Source: an uncultured virus (IMG/VR IMGVR_UViG_3300008107_000208) (Duplodnaviria; Heunggongvirae; Uroviricota; Caudoviricetes). Taken from it: DNA of 64,000 bases. The stretch is taken from positions 1 to 64,000 of the IMG/VR virus record IMGVR_UViG_3300008107_000208. One strand, given 5' to 3'. The position numbers and the translations under genes were made by a program. Positions 48,789-59,060 of the stretch are shown in pieces; the first letter of the stretch is position 1; the number at the start of each line of letters is the position of its first letter. A model generated the notes under the pieces. It was not told the DNA's origin. It was given only the letters and a program-made list of their open reading frames with translations, and ran no database searches.

Positions 48789-50654
48789 ATGGCAGATAAT
48801 ACAAGAAAGCCGACACAGCGATATATAAGTGGTAGAGTAAAGATAGCAGGAACTGAAGCGTTATCTTCAGACCGTCATTTATATGTTCATCCAGGTGAGG
48901 TCGAACCCAACTTAGGTTATGTTGGAGAAAAATTAATACCACTTGCTGATAAGTATTATCAGTTGATTACCGTTAATAACGGTACAACTTATGATAGATA
49001 CTGGCAGGAACAGCCTGGTTTACAACCTGGTGGAATAAGTATCTTTGACGAAGGATTTCTTGTTGGAACTGCCAATAGTATATCAAAACTAAACTTTGTA
49101 GGAACTGGTGTAACTGCCATTGCAAGTGGATCTATTTCTACAATTACAATATCTCCCAGAGTTACTGTTAGTGCAGAACCACCAAGTGGAGTAAGTCAGG
49201 GAGATCTTTGGTGGGATAGTGATGTAGGTGAACTATATCTTTACTATCAGGATGGAAATAGTGAACAGTGGGTTGAAACATCTGGTGGTAGTGAGACTGT
49301 AACTATTAGCGATACTGCTCCAAGTTCTCCAAATATTGGAGACTTATGGTGGGAAAGTGATACTGGAGATTTAAAAGTATATTATAATGATGGTTCTAGT
49401 TCTCAATGGGTATCTGCAAATAGTTCTGATACACTAGTACAAATATCAACATCATCTCCATCATCACCACAACCAGGCGATCTTTGGTGGAATAGTGAGT
49501 CTGGTAACCTTTACGTTTACTATGAAGATGCAGACACATCTCAATGGGTTACGGCAAGCAATGCTATTGAAGGACCACAAGGATCTACAGGTGCTCAAGG
49601 TACTGCTGGACCACAAGGAGCACAAGGTTATCAAGGTGCTCAAGGTGCAGTAGGAGCACAAGGATCTACAGGTGCTCAAGGTGCTACTGGTGCTCAAGGT
49701 TCAGTAGGAGCACAAGGATCTACAGGTGCTCAAGGTGCTCAAGGTACGGCAGGTACATCAGGATCTCAAGGTACTATAGGTGCTCAAGGTGCTCAAGGTG
49801 CTCAAGGTCGTCAGGGTGCTGTTGGTGCTCAAGGTGCTACTGGTGCTCAAGGTTCAGTAGGAGCACAAGGATCTACAGGTGCTCAAGGTACGGCAGGTAC
49901 ATCAGGATCTCAAGGTACTGTAGGTGCTCAAGGTGCACAAGGTTATCAAGGTGTTCAGGGTGCTGTTGGTGCTCAAGGTGCTCAAGGTGCTACTGGTGCT
50001 CAAGGTTCAGTAGGAGCACAAGGATCTACAGGTGCTCAAGGTGCTCAAGGAACCGCAGGTGCTCAAGGTGCTCAAGGTACGGCAGGTACATCAGGATCTC
50101 AAGGTACTATAGGTGCTCAAGGTGCTACTGGTGCTCAAGGTGCTCAAGGAACCGCAGGTGCATCAGGATCTCAAGGTACTACTGGTGCTCAAGGTGCTCA
50201 AGGAACCGCAGGATCTCAAGGTACTATAGGTGCTCAAGGTACTATAGGTGCTCAAGGTTCAGTAGGAGCACAGGGTGCTCAAGGTCGTCAGGGTGCTACT
50301 GGTGCTCAAGGTGCTCAAGGTACGGCAGGTGCTCAAGGATCCGATGGAACAAGACCTCTAACTGTAACCACAAAATCTTCATCATATGTTTTAGTTGCAG
50401 GAGACGCTGGAACTATTATAAGTATAACTGCAGGAGGAGTTACTGTTCCTTCTGATACTTTTACTGCAGGAAATACCGTATTAATTTACAATAACTCCGC
50501 TTCTTCACAAACAATCACACAGGGTACTTCTACAACATTAAGACTTCCTGGAACTTCTGATACTGGCAATAGAACTTTACAGCAAAGAGGTTTGGCAACG
50601 GTTTTATGTATAGCAAGTAACGAATTTGTAATTTCTGGTAGCGGATTGTTGTAA
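48789..50654 (+). CDS. Collagen-like fibre with three GDLWW repeats and C-terminal adaptor domain
   Basis: GDLWW at 49200, 49338, 49476 (138-nt period); G-X-Y tract; ends FVISGSGLL. Confidence 0.85.
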   Translation: MADNTRKPTQRYISGRVKIAGTEALSSDRHLYVHPGEVEPNLGYVGEKLIPLADKYYQLITVNNGTTYDRYWQEQPGLQPGGISIFDEGFLVGTANSISKLNFVGTGVTAIASGSISTITISPRVTVSAEPPSGVSQGDLWWDSDVGELYLYYQDGNSEQWVETSGGSETVTISDTAPSSPNIGDLWWESDTGDLKVYYNDGSSSQWVSANSSDTLVQISTSSPSSPQPGDLWWNSESGNLYVYYEDADTSQWVTASNAIEGPQGSTGAQGTAGPQGAQGYQGAQGAVGAQGSTGAQGATGAQGSVGAQGSTGAQGAQGTAGTSGSQGTIGAQGAQGAQGRQGAVGAQGATGAQGSVGAQGSTGAQGTAGTSGSQGTVGAQGAQGYQGVQGAVGAQGAQGATGAQGSVGAQGSTGAQGAQGTAGAQGAQGTAGTSGSQGTIGAQGATGAQGAQGTAGASGSQGTTGAQGAQGTAGSQGTIGAQGTIGAQGSVGAQGAQGRQGATGAQGAQGTAGAQGSDGTRPLTVTTKSSSYVLVAGDAGTIISITAGGVTVPSDTFTAGNTVLIYNNSASSQTITQGTSTTLRLPGTSDTGNRTLQQRGLATVLCIASNEFVISGSGLL

Positions 50655-50657
50655 TTT

Positions 50658-51518
50658 ATGACTATTGCATCTGTTCCTCATTTACTATCTTCAGAATTAA
50701 TTCATCACATTACAACCAATCAAGAGAATTTAAATTTACAAACTCTTTTTGGATCAAGTAAGTATTCAGCAGGTATTAATAAAAGAGTTGTCATTGCTAG
50801 TGGAGTTACTATTGGAGCCACGAGCACAGGAAATTATGCTTTAAACATTCCGTCAGGATTTGGTGGAAGAATACTTTTGGTAAATGAGGGTTCTATTCTT
50901 GGTGCTGGTGGTGCCGCAAATAGTGGAACTGGTGGAAATGCTATTAATGCTGGTGCCTCTAATATTTTCATTGATAATCGTGGCACTATTTCCTCTGGTG
51001 GTGGAGGAGGAGGAGTTGGTGGCACTGGTGGTGGAGGATATTATCAATCATCTGGAGAATCATATTGGGCAAATACTGTTTGTAGCGGAAACAGTATGCC
51101 TTGTTATCAATTAAATCCACCACACCCTTGTAACTGTCAAGATGAATGTAGAAGAATAAGAGCTTGTGGTGATGGTAGAAACTATACATTATGGGAAAAA
51201 GTATGTAAATATTGCTATACAAATACTTACTATACCTCAGGTGGTTCTGGTGGTAATGGTGGAAGAGGTGAAGGTTATGATGGTGCTGCTGCATCTGGTT
51301 CTTCTGGAAGTGCAGGTGGCACAAATGCTGGTGCTGGTGGAACAGGTGGAACTGGTGGTTCTTACGGAAACAGTGGTAATACTGGTAACACCGGTGCAAA
51401 CGGCAACAATGGGTCTGGTGCCGCAGGAACTGCTGGTGGTTTAGCAGGATTTTATATCGTTAACAATGGAAATGTTACTTGGGTTGCAAATGGCACAAGA
51501 AATGGTAGAATAGGATAA
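50658..51518 (+). CDS. gp38-like glycine-rich adhesin
   Basis: L.N.G.I.G.GG...GGNAI...I.N.G.I..GGGGGG...G.AG....VTW...G.R.G layout of T2/S16 gp38. Confidence 0.7.
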   Translation: MTIASVPHLLSSELIHHITTNQENLNLQTLFGSSKYSAGINKRVVIASGVTIGATSTGNYALNIPSGFGGRILLVNEGSILGAGGAANSGTGGNAINAGASNIFIDNRGTISSGGGGGGVGGTGGGGYYQSSGESYWANTVCSGNSMPCYQLNPPHPCNCQDECRRIRACGDGRNYTLWEKVCKYCYTNTYYTSGGSGGNGGRGEGYDGAAASGSSGSAGGTNAGAGGTGGTGGSYGNSGNTGNTGANGNNGSGAAGTAGGLAGFYIVNNGNVTWVANGTRNGRIG

Positions 51519-51543
51519 ATACTTGTAAATTTATTGATACATA

Positions 51544-52098
51544 ATGAAGTATATAATCAAAGAAGTTCTTCCTGGTCAAATCAGGGTTGAGTTTGAAGAT
51601 AATTCGTGGGCAATCGTGCCTATTGGAGAAAATTTTTCTCTAGAAGATGTTGATGACGCAGTATCTTATTATGATCCAGAATTTATACCAGACCCACAAA
51701 CTTTGATTAATTCGAATGTTTCTGTAGATTTAGAAAGGCAATCTACTAGAAAGGAAAATTCTGTATTGCCAAATACAATTTTTGAAAAATCTATTCAAAC
51801 TCAAGCATCAACTAGTGATAATGTTCCAGATGTAGATTTAACACCAATTACAACTGAATTATATGGCGGTTTACCACTACCAAATTTTCACAAAGACCAA
51901 ATTATCATATCATATGTAATGGCAGATTACTTTATCAAGAAAAATGATGATTATAGATTGAAAGAAGAGTTGGATAAGAAAATTGAGGAATATGTCGTAA
52001 CAAATAGTATTACTGTTGAAGATGCAATAGAAAGTTTAATTTTTGAAAATGATGATTTAATCGTAGAACTTGCAGAGGAGCAATTGAAAAATGAATGA
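51544..52098 (+). CDS. Hypothetical protein
   Basis: ORF track; GATAAATA upstream. Confidence 0.7.
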   Translation: MKYIIKEVLPGQIRVEFEDNSWAIVPIGENFSLEDVDDAVSYYDPEFIPDPQTLINSNVSVDLERQSTRKENSVLPNTIFEKSIQTQASTSDNVPDVDLTPITTELYGGLPLPNFHKDQIIISYVMADYFIKKNDDYRLKEELDKKIEEYVVTNSITVEDAIESLIFENDDLIVELAEEQLKNE

Positions 52099-52246
52099 AA
52101 AAATTCAGTTAGCTGTTGATAGAATGAAACTTTGCTTACAGTGCGAACATTTCTTCAAACCAACTAGACAGTGTAAGAAGTGTGGGTGTTTTATGCCGAT
52201 TAAGGTAAGACTTAGCAATTCTTCGTGTCCTGTTGGGAAATGGTAG
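52091..52246 (+). CDS. 51-aa Cys-rich protein (CLQC...CKKCGC...CP.GKW; DUF6171-like)
   Basis: Hand-translated. Confidence 0.7.
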   Translation: MNEKIQLAVDRMKLCLQCEHFFKPTRQCKKCGCFMPIKVRLSNSSCPVGKW

Positions 52247-52370
52247 TTTATTGTTGATGATAAAAATCTTAATTAATATTAACTAAAGTGATTGGTTGGC
52301 AAAAAAGTTACAGATTTAATGTTGCATTTCTAATTACATGCTAAGAATAAATATCTAAAAACCGTAGATA

Positions 52371-53270
52371 ATGGCTGCATTAAATTTTCCTGCTAGTCCT
52401 ACTTTAAATGATGAGTATAACGCTAATGGTGCTACTTGGCGTTGGAATGGAACTGCTTGGGTAAGACTTGGTGATCCTGGAGCACAAGGTGCTCAAGGTT
52501 CCACAGGTGCTACTGGTGCTCAAGGTGCTCAAGGGACCGCTGGTGCTCAAGGTGCTGTAGGGGCTCAAGGTGCTCAAGGTTCCACAGGTGCTACTGGTGC
52601 TCAAGGTTCCACAGGTGCTACTGGCGCACAAGGTTCAGTAGGAGCACAAGGAACCGCTGGTGCTCAAGGTGCTACTGGTGCTACTGGTGCTCAGGGTGCT
52701 GTAGGTGCTACTGGTGCTCAGGGTGCTGCAGGTGCATCAGGATCTCAAGGTACTATAGGTGCTCAAGGTGCTACTGGTGCTCAGGGTGCTGTAGGTGCTA
52801 CTGGTGCTCAAGGTGCTCAAGGTACGGCAGGTGCTCAAGGTACTATAGGTGCTCAAGGTGCATCAGGATCTCAAGGTACTATAGGTGCTCAAGGTGCTAC
52901 TGGTGCTCAGGGTGCTGTAGGTGCTACTGGTGCTCAAGGTGCTCAAGGTGTACAGGGTTCACCTGGAACTCTAACTCTTAATGAAAAGTCTTCAAATTAT
53001 ACATTAGTAGCATCAGATAATAGTAAAATTATTTCAATTACTGCAGCAATTAGTATCACCGTTCCATCTGGAGTATTTTCTGCTGGAGATACTGTAACCA
53101 TAGTAAATAACACAAATGCAACCAGATCAATAGTTCAAGGATCTGGTGTTACTATGTACACTGCAGGAACTTCTACTACAGGAAATAAATCTTTAATTCA
53201 AAGAGGAATTGCTACGGTAATTTGCGTATCTTCCGATACTTTTTTCATTAGTGGAGCTGGTCTTGTATAA
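52371..53270 (+). CDS. Collagen-like fibre (MAALNFP N-module, C-terminal adaptor)
   Basis: Shared N- and C-terminal modules; AATAAATA upstream. Confidence 0.85.
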   Translation: MAALNFPASPTLNDEYNANGATWRWNGTAWVRLGDPGAQGAQGSTGATGAQGAQGTAGAQGAVGAQGAQGSTGATGAQGSTGATGAQGSVGAQGTAGAQGATGATGAQGAVGATGAQGAAGASGSQGTIGAQGATGAQGAVGATGAQGAQGTAGAQGTIGAQGASGSQGTIGAQGATGAQGAVGATGAQGAQGVQGSPGTLTLNEKSSNYTLVASDNSKIISITAAISITVPSGVFSAGDTVTIVNNTNATRSIVQGSGVTMYTAGTSTTGNKSLIQRGIATVICVSSDTFFISGAGLV

Positions 53271-55333
53271 TGGGTCATCCACAACAATATACAATATTTA
53301 ATACTCAACTGAATGATCTTCCGTCGTTGGAGAATTGTATTTATTATTATAATATTAGTAGTGTGTATGGGATATATAACAGACCTAATGGAAATATTTT
53401 ACAAAGTCTTGCACCTGGACATCCCTTTGCTGTAAATGCAGGATCTAGTAATCGTAATGGTTCTAGGTTTGGTCAAACTGAAACTCCATATAATTATTAT
53501 CCAACTTTATCCAGTAATTCTAATGGAGAATATTTGGATATGTCTGTGAATAATAATTGGAATCCTGATACTTCTGGAGTTCTTGCTGGTTTTGTTGGTC
53601 CAGCAATTGGCGCTAAAAACCAAATGAATTGGCCAAATAGTAGTATGACATTTACATTTTGGGTTACTTATGAACACAATAATATTGCAAAACAAGCTTT
53701 AATGGGAGTAGATACAATTCCAAGTTCTGGTCAAAGATATGTTGGATTTTATTTTGTTTCTGGAAAACTTGTATACACTAGTTATGATTATACAGCAGGA
53801 TGGCAAGAAGAACATACATTTGACTATACTTTTTCAACTTCAGTTCTGTATAATATAACTATAACATTCAATTCTTCTGGTGTAATTAGTTTATATGTGA
53901 ATGGAACCTTTGAAGATAATTATACTGAGACTGAATCTGTCAATACTCCAGTAGGATCTAGAACTGGATATGGTGTAAGTGCTGATGTTTATGGTGATGG
54001 TGCCTTTAGTGGAAAATACTATAAATCGGCAGCGTGGGCAACACTTTTAAATTCTACTCAAATTACAGAAGTTTATGATGCTGGACCTGGAGTTAATCCA
54101 GATTCTTCGTATTGGATAAGTAGTGTTGGTTATAGTAGTCTTGAGAGAGGTACTGCTGGTGTATATTATGATGGACATTACTATGGTTTTGGTGATACAA
54201 ATAGGGGAAGTGGTGGACATGATGATTGGTTTATCTATAAAATAAATGAATATGGTGCGATTGTTTGGCAAAAATATATTGGTGCTGGTAATTATGAATA
54301 TGGTCTTGGAATAGATATTGATTCTAGTGGTAATATTTACATCTTTGGTGCTCAGTCATCGGAATTATACAAACCGTTCTGGACAATGCAATTAAGCTCT
54401 TCGACTGGAGCAATTCAATGGCAAAGACAAATTACAACAGGATATGCTAATAATGTAGCTTATGATTTAAGATGTGATTCAAGTGGAAATGTTTATTGGA
54501 CTGGATACGTCAATTCTCCAGCAACTGCCGGTAATGAACAAATGTATCTTGTAAAATATAATTCTTCAGGAACTTTACAGTGGACTAAAACATCAGGTAC
54601 TGGTTACTCTGGAATGGTTGTTTTTGTAGATAGAACAACTGATGATGTTTATGTTGGATTTGGTAATAATGTTTCTCATTTCAATTCATCGGGAACTCTT
54701 CAAAAGACGGTACAGTTTTCTACAATACTTTCCAATAGTGGAATTAGAGGATTATGTGTTGATAGTAGTGGAAATATATTTGTGGGTGCTATTGATAGTA
54801 ATAATGATGGATATGTATTGAAAACAAATTCTTCTGGCGTAATTCAATGGCAGATTAAGCATAGCTCTGAAAGTAGAATCTATGCTACAGCAATGACTTT
54901 GGATGATGATGGCAATCTTTACGTTGGAGGATCTCTTCTACAAACAAGTCCATCAGTTGTTCTCAGGTCTTTTCTTTTTAAATATAACCAATCCAATGGA
55001 AACATTTCTTGGAAGAGATCTATATCCCATTCAACTAATTTTGTACAAAGTAATTCTCACCATCTTTATGTTGTTAGAAATAGTATTTACTTTGTTGGTA
55101 TGAATCAGTCTACTGCTGGAAATTGGGATCATATGGTAGCAAAACTTCCAATAGATGGTTCTTTTACTGGAACGTATGGTGGATTTACGTTAGCATCTTA
55201 TACAACAACTGATTCTACTCCAACTATTACATCTTCAACACCAAGTCTATCCTTTGGAACACTTGGATCATCAAGCACATCATCACTTTCAATATCAGAT
55301 GCTTCTGCTACTCAAATTATTCGGTACTTATAA
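53270..55333 (+). CDS. Putative receptor-binding protein: LamG/ConA-like domain plus beta-propeller repeats
   Basis: LYVNG, F.G, L...QI..Y; repeated DSSGN.Y..G...KYNSSG.LQW. Confidence 0.75.
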   Translation: MGHPQQYTIFNTQLNDLPSLENCIYYYNISSVYGIYNRPNGNILQSLAPGHPFAVNAGSSNRNGSRFGQTETPYNYYPTLSSNSNGEYLDMSVNNNWNPDTSGVLAGFVGPAIGAKNQMNWPNSSMTFTFWVTYEHNNIAKQALMGVDTIPSSGQRYVGFYFVSGKLVYTSYDYTAGWQEEHTFDYTFSTSVLYNITITFNSSGVISLYVNGTFEDNYTETESVNTPVGSRTGYGVSADVYGDGAFSGKYYKSAAWATLLNSTQITEVYDAGPGVNPDSSYWISSVGYSSLERGTAGVYYDGHYYGFGDTNRGSGGHDDWFIYKINEYGAIVWQKYIGAGNYEYGLGIDIDSSGNIYIFGAQSSELYKPFWTMQLSSSTGAIQWQRQITTGYANNVAYDLRCDSSGNVYWTGYVNSPATAGNEQMYLVKYNSSGTLQWTKTSGTGYSGMVVFVDRTTDDVYVGFGNNVSHFNSSGTLQKTVQFSTILSNSGIRGLCVDSSGNIFVGAIDSNNDGYVLKTNSSGVIQWQIKHSSESRIYATAMTLDDDGNLYVGGSLLQTSPSVVLRSFLFKYNQSNGNISWKRSISHSTNFVQSNSHHLYVVRNSIYFVGMNQSTAGNWDHMVAKLPIDGSFTGTYGGFTLASYTTTDSTPTITSSTPSLSFGTLGSSSTSSLSISDASATQIIRYL

Positions 55334-55365
55334 TCTAGAATAAATAATCAAAAAGTTTGTAATAA

Positions 55366-56313
55366 ATGGCGCTAGATTTTCCATCCAGCCCTAGTTTAAA
55401 CGATTATTATGTCGCCAATGGGCGTAGGTGGCAATGGAATGGGACTGCCTGGCAACGAATACCAGACCCTGGAGCACAAGGTGTTCAAGGTTCCACAGGT
55501 ACTACTGGTGCTCAAGGTGCTCAAGGTGCCACTGGATCTGGTGCTCAAGGAACCGCTGGTGCTCAAGGAACCGCTGGTGCTCAAGGATCTACAGGTGCTC
55601 AAGGTGCCACTGGATCTGGTGCTCAAGGATCTACAGGTGCTCAAGGTGCTACTGGTGCTCAAGGAACTCAAGGTAGTATAGGTTCAACAGGTGCTCAAGG
55701 TTCTACTGGAGCAACTGGAGCACAGGGTGCAACAGGTTCTACTGGAGCACAAGGAAGTACAGGAGCAACAGGTGCACAGGGTGCAACAGGTTCTACAGGT
55801 GCTCAAGGTGCTCAAGGTTCCACAGGTGCTACTGGTGCTCAAGGAGCACAAGGATCTACAGGTGCTCAAGGTTCCACAGGTGCTACTGGTGCTCAAGGAG
55901 CACAAGGATCTACAGGTGCTCAAGGTTCCACAGGTGCTACTGGTGCTCAAGGTGCTCAAGGTTCCACAGGTGCTACTGGCGCACAGGGTGCACAAGGTGT
56001 TGCTGGACCATCAACAATTCCTCAAAATTCCCAAACAACAGGATACACTTTGGTATCTGGTGATGTTGGAAAGCATATATCAATAACTACTGGTGGAGTT
56101 ACTGTTCCAAACTCAGTGTTTAATGTTGGAGATGCGGTGTCTATATATAATAATTCTGGTAGTAATCAAACAATTACTCAAGGAGCATCTACTACTTTAC
56201 GTTCAGCAGGAACGGCAAATACAGGAAACAGAACATTAGCACAATATGGAGTATGTACAATTTTGTGTGTAGGGTCTAATACATTTGTAATATTTGGAGC
56301 AGGATTAACATAA
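55366..56313 (+). CDS. Collagen-like fibre (MALDFP N-module, C-terminal adaptor)
   Basis: Shared N- and C-terminal modules; AATAAATA upstream. Confidence 0.85.
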   Translation: MALDFPSSPSLNDYYVANGRRWQWNGTAWQRIPDPGAQGVQGSTGTTGAQGAQGATGSGAQGTAGAQGTAGAQGSTGAQGATGSGAQGSTGAQGATGAQGTQGSIGSTGAQGSTGATGAQGATGSTGAQGSTGATGAQGATGSTGAQGAQGSTGATGAQGAQGSTGAQGSTGATGAQGAQGSTGAQGSTGATGAQGAQGSTGATGAQGAQGVAGPSTIPQNSQTTGYTLVSGDVGKHISITTGGVTVPNSVFNVGDAVSIYNNSGSNQTITQGASTTLRSAGTANTGNRTLAQYGVCTILCVGSNTFVIFGAGLT

Positions 56314-56314
56314 T

Positions 56315-57166
56315 ATGTCTATTATTCAATCATTTTTTATGGGATCATCTTCATCACCATTGAGTGTTGAAGTTCTTATGATGGGTGGTGGTGGTGGAGC
56401 ATCATCTCTTCTAGCAATTAATCCTATTGCTAGAGATGACGATGTTTATTGGCCAAATTACTATGGAGGCGGCGGGGGTGGTGCTGGGGGATTATATATT
56501 TACTCGGCAACATTAAATCCTGGAAGCAGTTCTACAGTCACAATTGGTGGAGGTGGAAGTGGTTCTGCCGATGGATCTCCAACTTCATTTACTGGTGCTT
56601 CTAATGCTGTTGGTGGTGGATATGGAGCAGCAAGTGATACTGGTGTAGCCTGGACAGGCCGACCTGGTGGATCTGGAAGTGGTGGTAGCAGTGGTGGCGC
56701 CGGCGGATCCGGAACTTCTGGTCAAGGAAATTCTGGTGGATCATCCACTAGTAACGCGCAATGGGGAGCAGGAGGTGGTGGAGGAAAAGGTGGTGCTGGT
56801 AGTCCAGGACCATATCCTGTCGGTGGTGCTGGAGGACCTGGTTATGATTTAGCAACTTTTAGAGGAGGGACTTCACTAACAGTTGCTTTTGGAGGGGGTG
56901 GTGCCGGATGGAGTAGTGTCGGAAATAATGGTGATGGAACCACGACTCAATCACCTGCTTCTAATACAGGGGGTGGTGCTAGAAATGCTATCGGAAATTA
57001 CTTGGGCCCTGCAGGTACTTTCTCTGGTGGATCAGGAAGAGTCATCGTTCGCTATGCTGGATCTACACAAAGAGCAACAGGAGGAACTGTAACAACAGCG
57101 ACTGTTGGTGGATCTCCTTATACTATTCACGATTTCACCGCAAATGGTACATTCTCTGTAACTTAA
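56315..57166 (+). CDS. Glycine-rich fibre-tip protein
   Basis: VEVL..GGGG, GGGGGAGG, GGSG.VIVRY, IH.FT..GTF.V. Confidence 0.75.
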   Translation: MSIIQSFFMGSSSSPLSVEVLMMGGGGGASSLLAINPIARDDDVYWPNYYGGGGGGAGGLYIYSATLNPGSSSTVTIGGGGSGSADGSPTSFTGASNAVGGGYGAASDTGVAWTGRPGGSGSGGSSGGAGGSGTSGQGNSGGSSTSNAQWGAGGGGGKGGAGSPGPYPVGGAGGPGYDLATFRGGTSLTVAFGGGGAGWSSVGNNGDGTTTQSPASNTGGGARNAIGNYLGPAGTFSGGSGRVIVRYAGSTQRATGGTVTTATVGGSPYTIHDFTANGTFSVT

Positions 57167-57179
57167 TATAGTAATAATT

Positions 57180-57686
57180 ATGGCACATTTCGCAGAACTA
57201 GATGAAAATAATATAGTACTTCAAGTAACAGTAGTCAATAACTCTGATATTTTGGATGAAAATGGAAATGAGTCAGAAGAGATTGGAATTCAATTCAATA
57301 AAAACTTATTAGGACAAGATACAAAGTGGGTTCAAACTTCTTATAATTCAAATTTTAGATATAAGTATGCTGGGATAGGTGACTTCTATGATGAAGTTCA
57401 TCAAGTTTTTATTCCACCAGGATATCATTATGATGAAGAATATAATCGAGTTGTTTTAGATGGTTCTTTATATAATGAAGAATTTGATGAATTTATTTTA
57501 CCTCAACCACATCCTTTATGGTGGTATGATCCAGAAAGAAAAAAATGGAGACCACCATTTCCAAAACCAATGACTACTCATCAATATGAATGGGATGAAT
57601 CTATTTCAGATTGGAAACAAGTTGAAGGTTCTTCCTGGATACATTCATGGAGCAGTTCATCCAGAAACAGGAGAGATTTTAACTAA
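57180..57686 (+). CDS. Fibre-associated hypothetical protein (MAHFAELDENN family)
   Basis: WVQTSYN..FR..YAGIG, P.P.P, Y.WDE; C-terminus may be altered by a deletion. Confidence 0.75.
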   Translation: MAHFAELDENNIVLQVTVVNNSDILDENGNESEEIGIQFNKNLLGQDTKWVQTSYNSNFRYKYAGIGDFYDEVHQVFIPPGYHYDEEYNRVVLDGSLYNEEFDEFILPQPHPLWWYDPERKKWRPPFPKPMTTHQYEWDESISDWKQVEGSSWIHSWSSSSRNRRDFN

Positions 57687-58146
57687 ATCTAGGTCTATAC
57701 AATTAGATATCTCTTATAATGATAAAAATCTTTCCAATATTATAACGGTAACTCAAAAGTTATTCAATCATGGGTTTTTGAATATCTTTTATGATAGGTT
57801 TCCACAACATAAAAAAATTCTAAACACTAATTATTGCTACACAAAAGTTAGATATTATCATGATGGAGACTATTATGCTCCCCATACTGATATAAATCAT
57901 GACTTTTTAGCGTTCAGTTATTTCAATAGAGAACCTAGAAAGTTTACGGGTGGTGAATTATTTTTTCCAGAGTATGGTGATTATGAATTTAAATGTATGA
58001 ACAATAGTTTAATTCTGTTACCATCATATGTTACTCATGGAGTTAAGTGGGTAAGTATAGAAGATACAGATTATTATTCTGGAAATGGTAGATATTGTAT
58101 ATCTCATTTCTTTGGTATTGATTATCAAAAAGCACATGAAAATTAA
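57586..58146 (+). CDS. 2OG-Fe(II) oxygenase, start uncertain or 5'-truncated
   Basis: Y..GDYY..HTD, F.GGEL.F, HGV..V, RY. Confidence 0.75.
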   Translation: MNGMNLFQIGNKLKVLPGYIHGAVHPETGEILTKSRSIQLDISYNDKNLSNIITVTQKLFNHGFLNIFYDRFPQHKKILNTNYCYTKVRYYHDGDYYAPHTDINHDFLAFSYFNREPRKFTGGELFFPEYGDYEFKCMNNSLILLPSYVTHGVKWVSIEDTDYYSGNGRYCISHFFGIDYQKAHEN

Positions 58147-58846
58147 TCAAATTTACCACACATCTCACTGTGGTTCTACTTTAATGGCAACATTATTGGC
58201 GAATTCTACAACTGTTTATTGCGAACCATCATGGTCTTCTAGGTTATTAAATGGTGAGTTGGAACTTGATGATGCCACTATTAAATTTGGAAGTGGATGG
58301 TGTCCGTTTTCACATCAACTACCGGGTAAAAAAGTTTTCTTGTATAGGAAATTAAAACATCATCTGTTTAAAATAAAATCATCAAACTATATTAATCGTA
58401 TTGTATCTACAAAGTATGAACATCATCTAAAACATTGTCACCCATCTTTAAAGGAATATCAGTTTACAACTGATCTTGAGAAAATTACTTTTATGTGGTT
58501 GAATAATGTTCAATGGATAAGTGATATTGGTGATGTCTTATGGGTAGAATCAAATAGTTTTTTTGAGAATAAAAAAGAAACTATGGATAAAGTATGTGAT
58601 CACTTTAATTTAGATAGAGTAAAAAACTATGAACTATCTAATGTTTATGTGAAGTCTTTTGGTCTGATAGGGAAAGAAAAATCAATTAATGAAACTGAGA
58701 TACCAAATTTAGGTACAGTAAAATCTTTATACCCTTCTTTTGGTATCATTGATGATGACTTATGTGATCTATGTCCTGAAATTAATGATTTAGTTTCATG
58801 GATTAAAAAAGAAATACCCAGTATGCAAATTGATTTTCTAAATTAA
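58136..58846 (+). CDS. Sulfotransferase-like/P-loop protein
   Basis: HTSHCGSTL...LL, EP, LYR motifs. Confidence 0.6.
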   Translation: MKINQIYHTSHCGSTLMATLLANSTTVYCEPSWSSRLLNGELELDDATIKFGSGWCPFSHQLPGKKVFLYRKLKHHLFKIKSSNYINRIVSTKYEHHLKHCHPSLKEYQFTTDLEKITFMWLNNVQWISDIGDVLWVESNSFFENKKETMDKVCDHFNLDRVKNYELSNVYVKSFGLIGKEKSINETEIPNLGTVKSLYPSFGIIDDDLCDLCPEINDLVSWIKKEIPSMQIDFLN

Positions 58847-58859
58847 AAAATTACTAGAC

Positions 58860-58888
58860 TTGACAATCCCCAAATAATCCTTTATAAT
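58860..58888 (+). promoter_or_regulatory. Consensus sigma70 promoter driving the putative sRNA
   Basis: TTGACA-17 nt-TATAAT. Confidence 0.85.
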
Positions 58889-58894
58889 AATCAA

Positions 58895-58995
58895 GTCTTT
58901 CAAATCCTTGTATCTTTGGGAATGAAGACCCTCTCTGTGGTGGGAGAGATGAGTTGGTGGTTACTAGAGAGGGTCTTAGCACCCTCTCTTTTTTT
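58895..58995 (+). ncRNA. Putative structured small RNA, copy 2, including terminator
   Basis: Between a consensus promoter and AGAGAGGGT/ACCCTCTCT-T run; near-identical to 16830-16888. Confidence 0.7.
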
Positions 58996-59006
58996 GCCTA
59001 GACCCC

Positions 59007-59035
59007 TTGACACCAGGACCCAGACCCCCTATAAT
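59007..59035 (+). promoter_or_regulatory. Consensus sigma70 promoter of the small-ORF/tRNA operon
   Basis: TTGACA-17 nt-TATAAT. Confidence 0.85.
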
Positions 59036-59060
59036 ACTCAGGTAATCAACGGAACATCCA

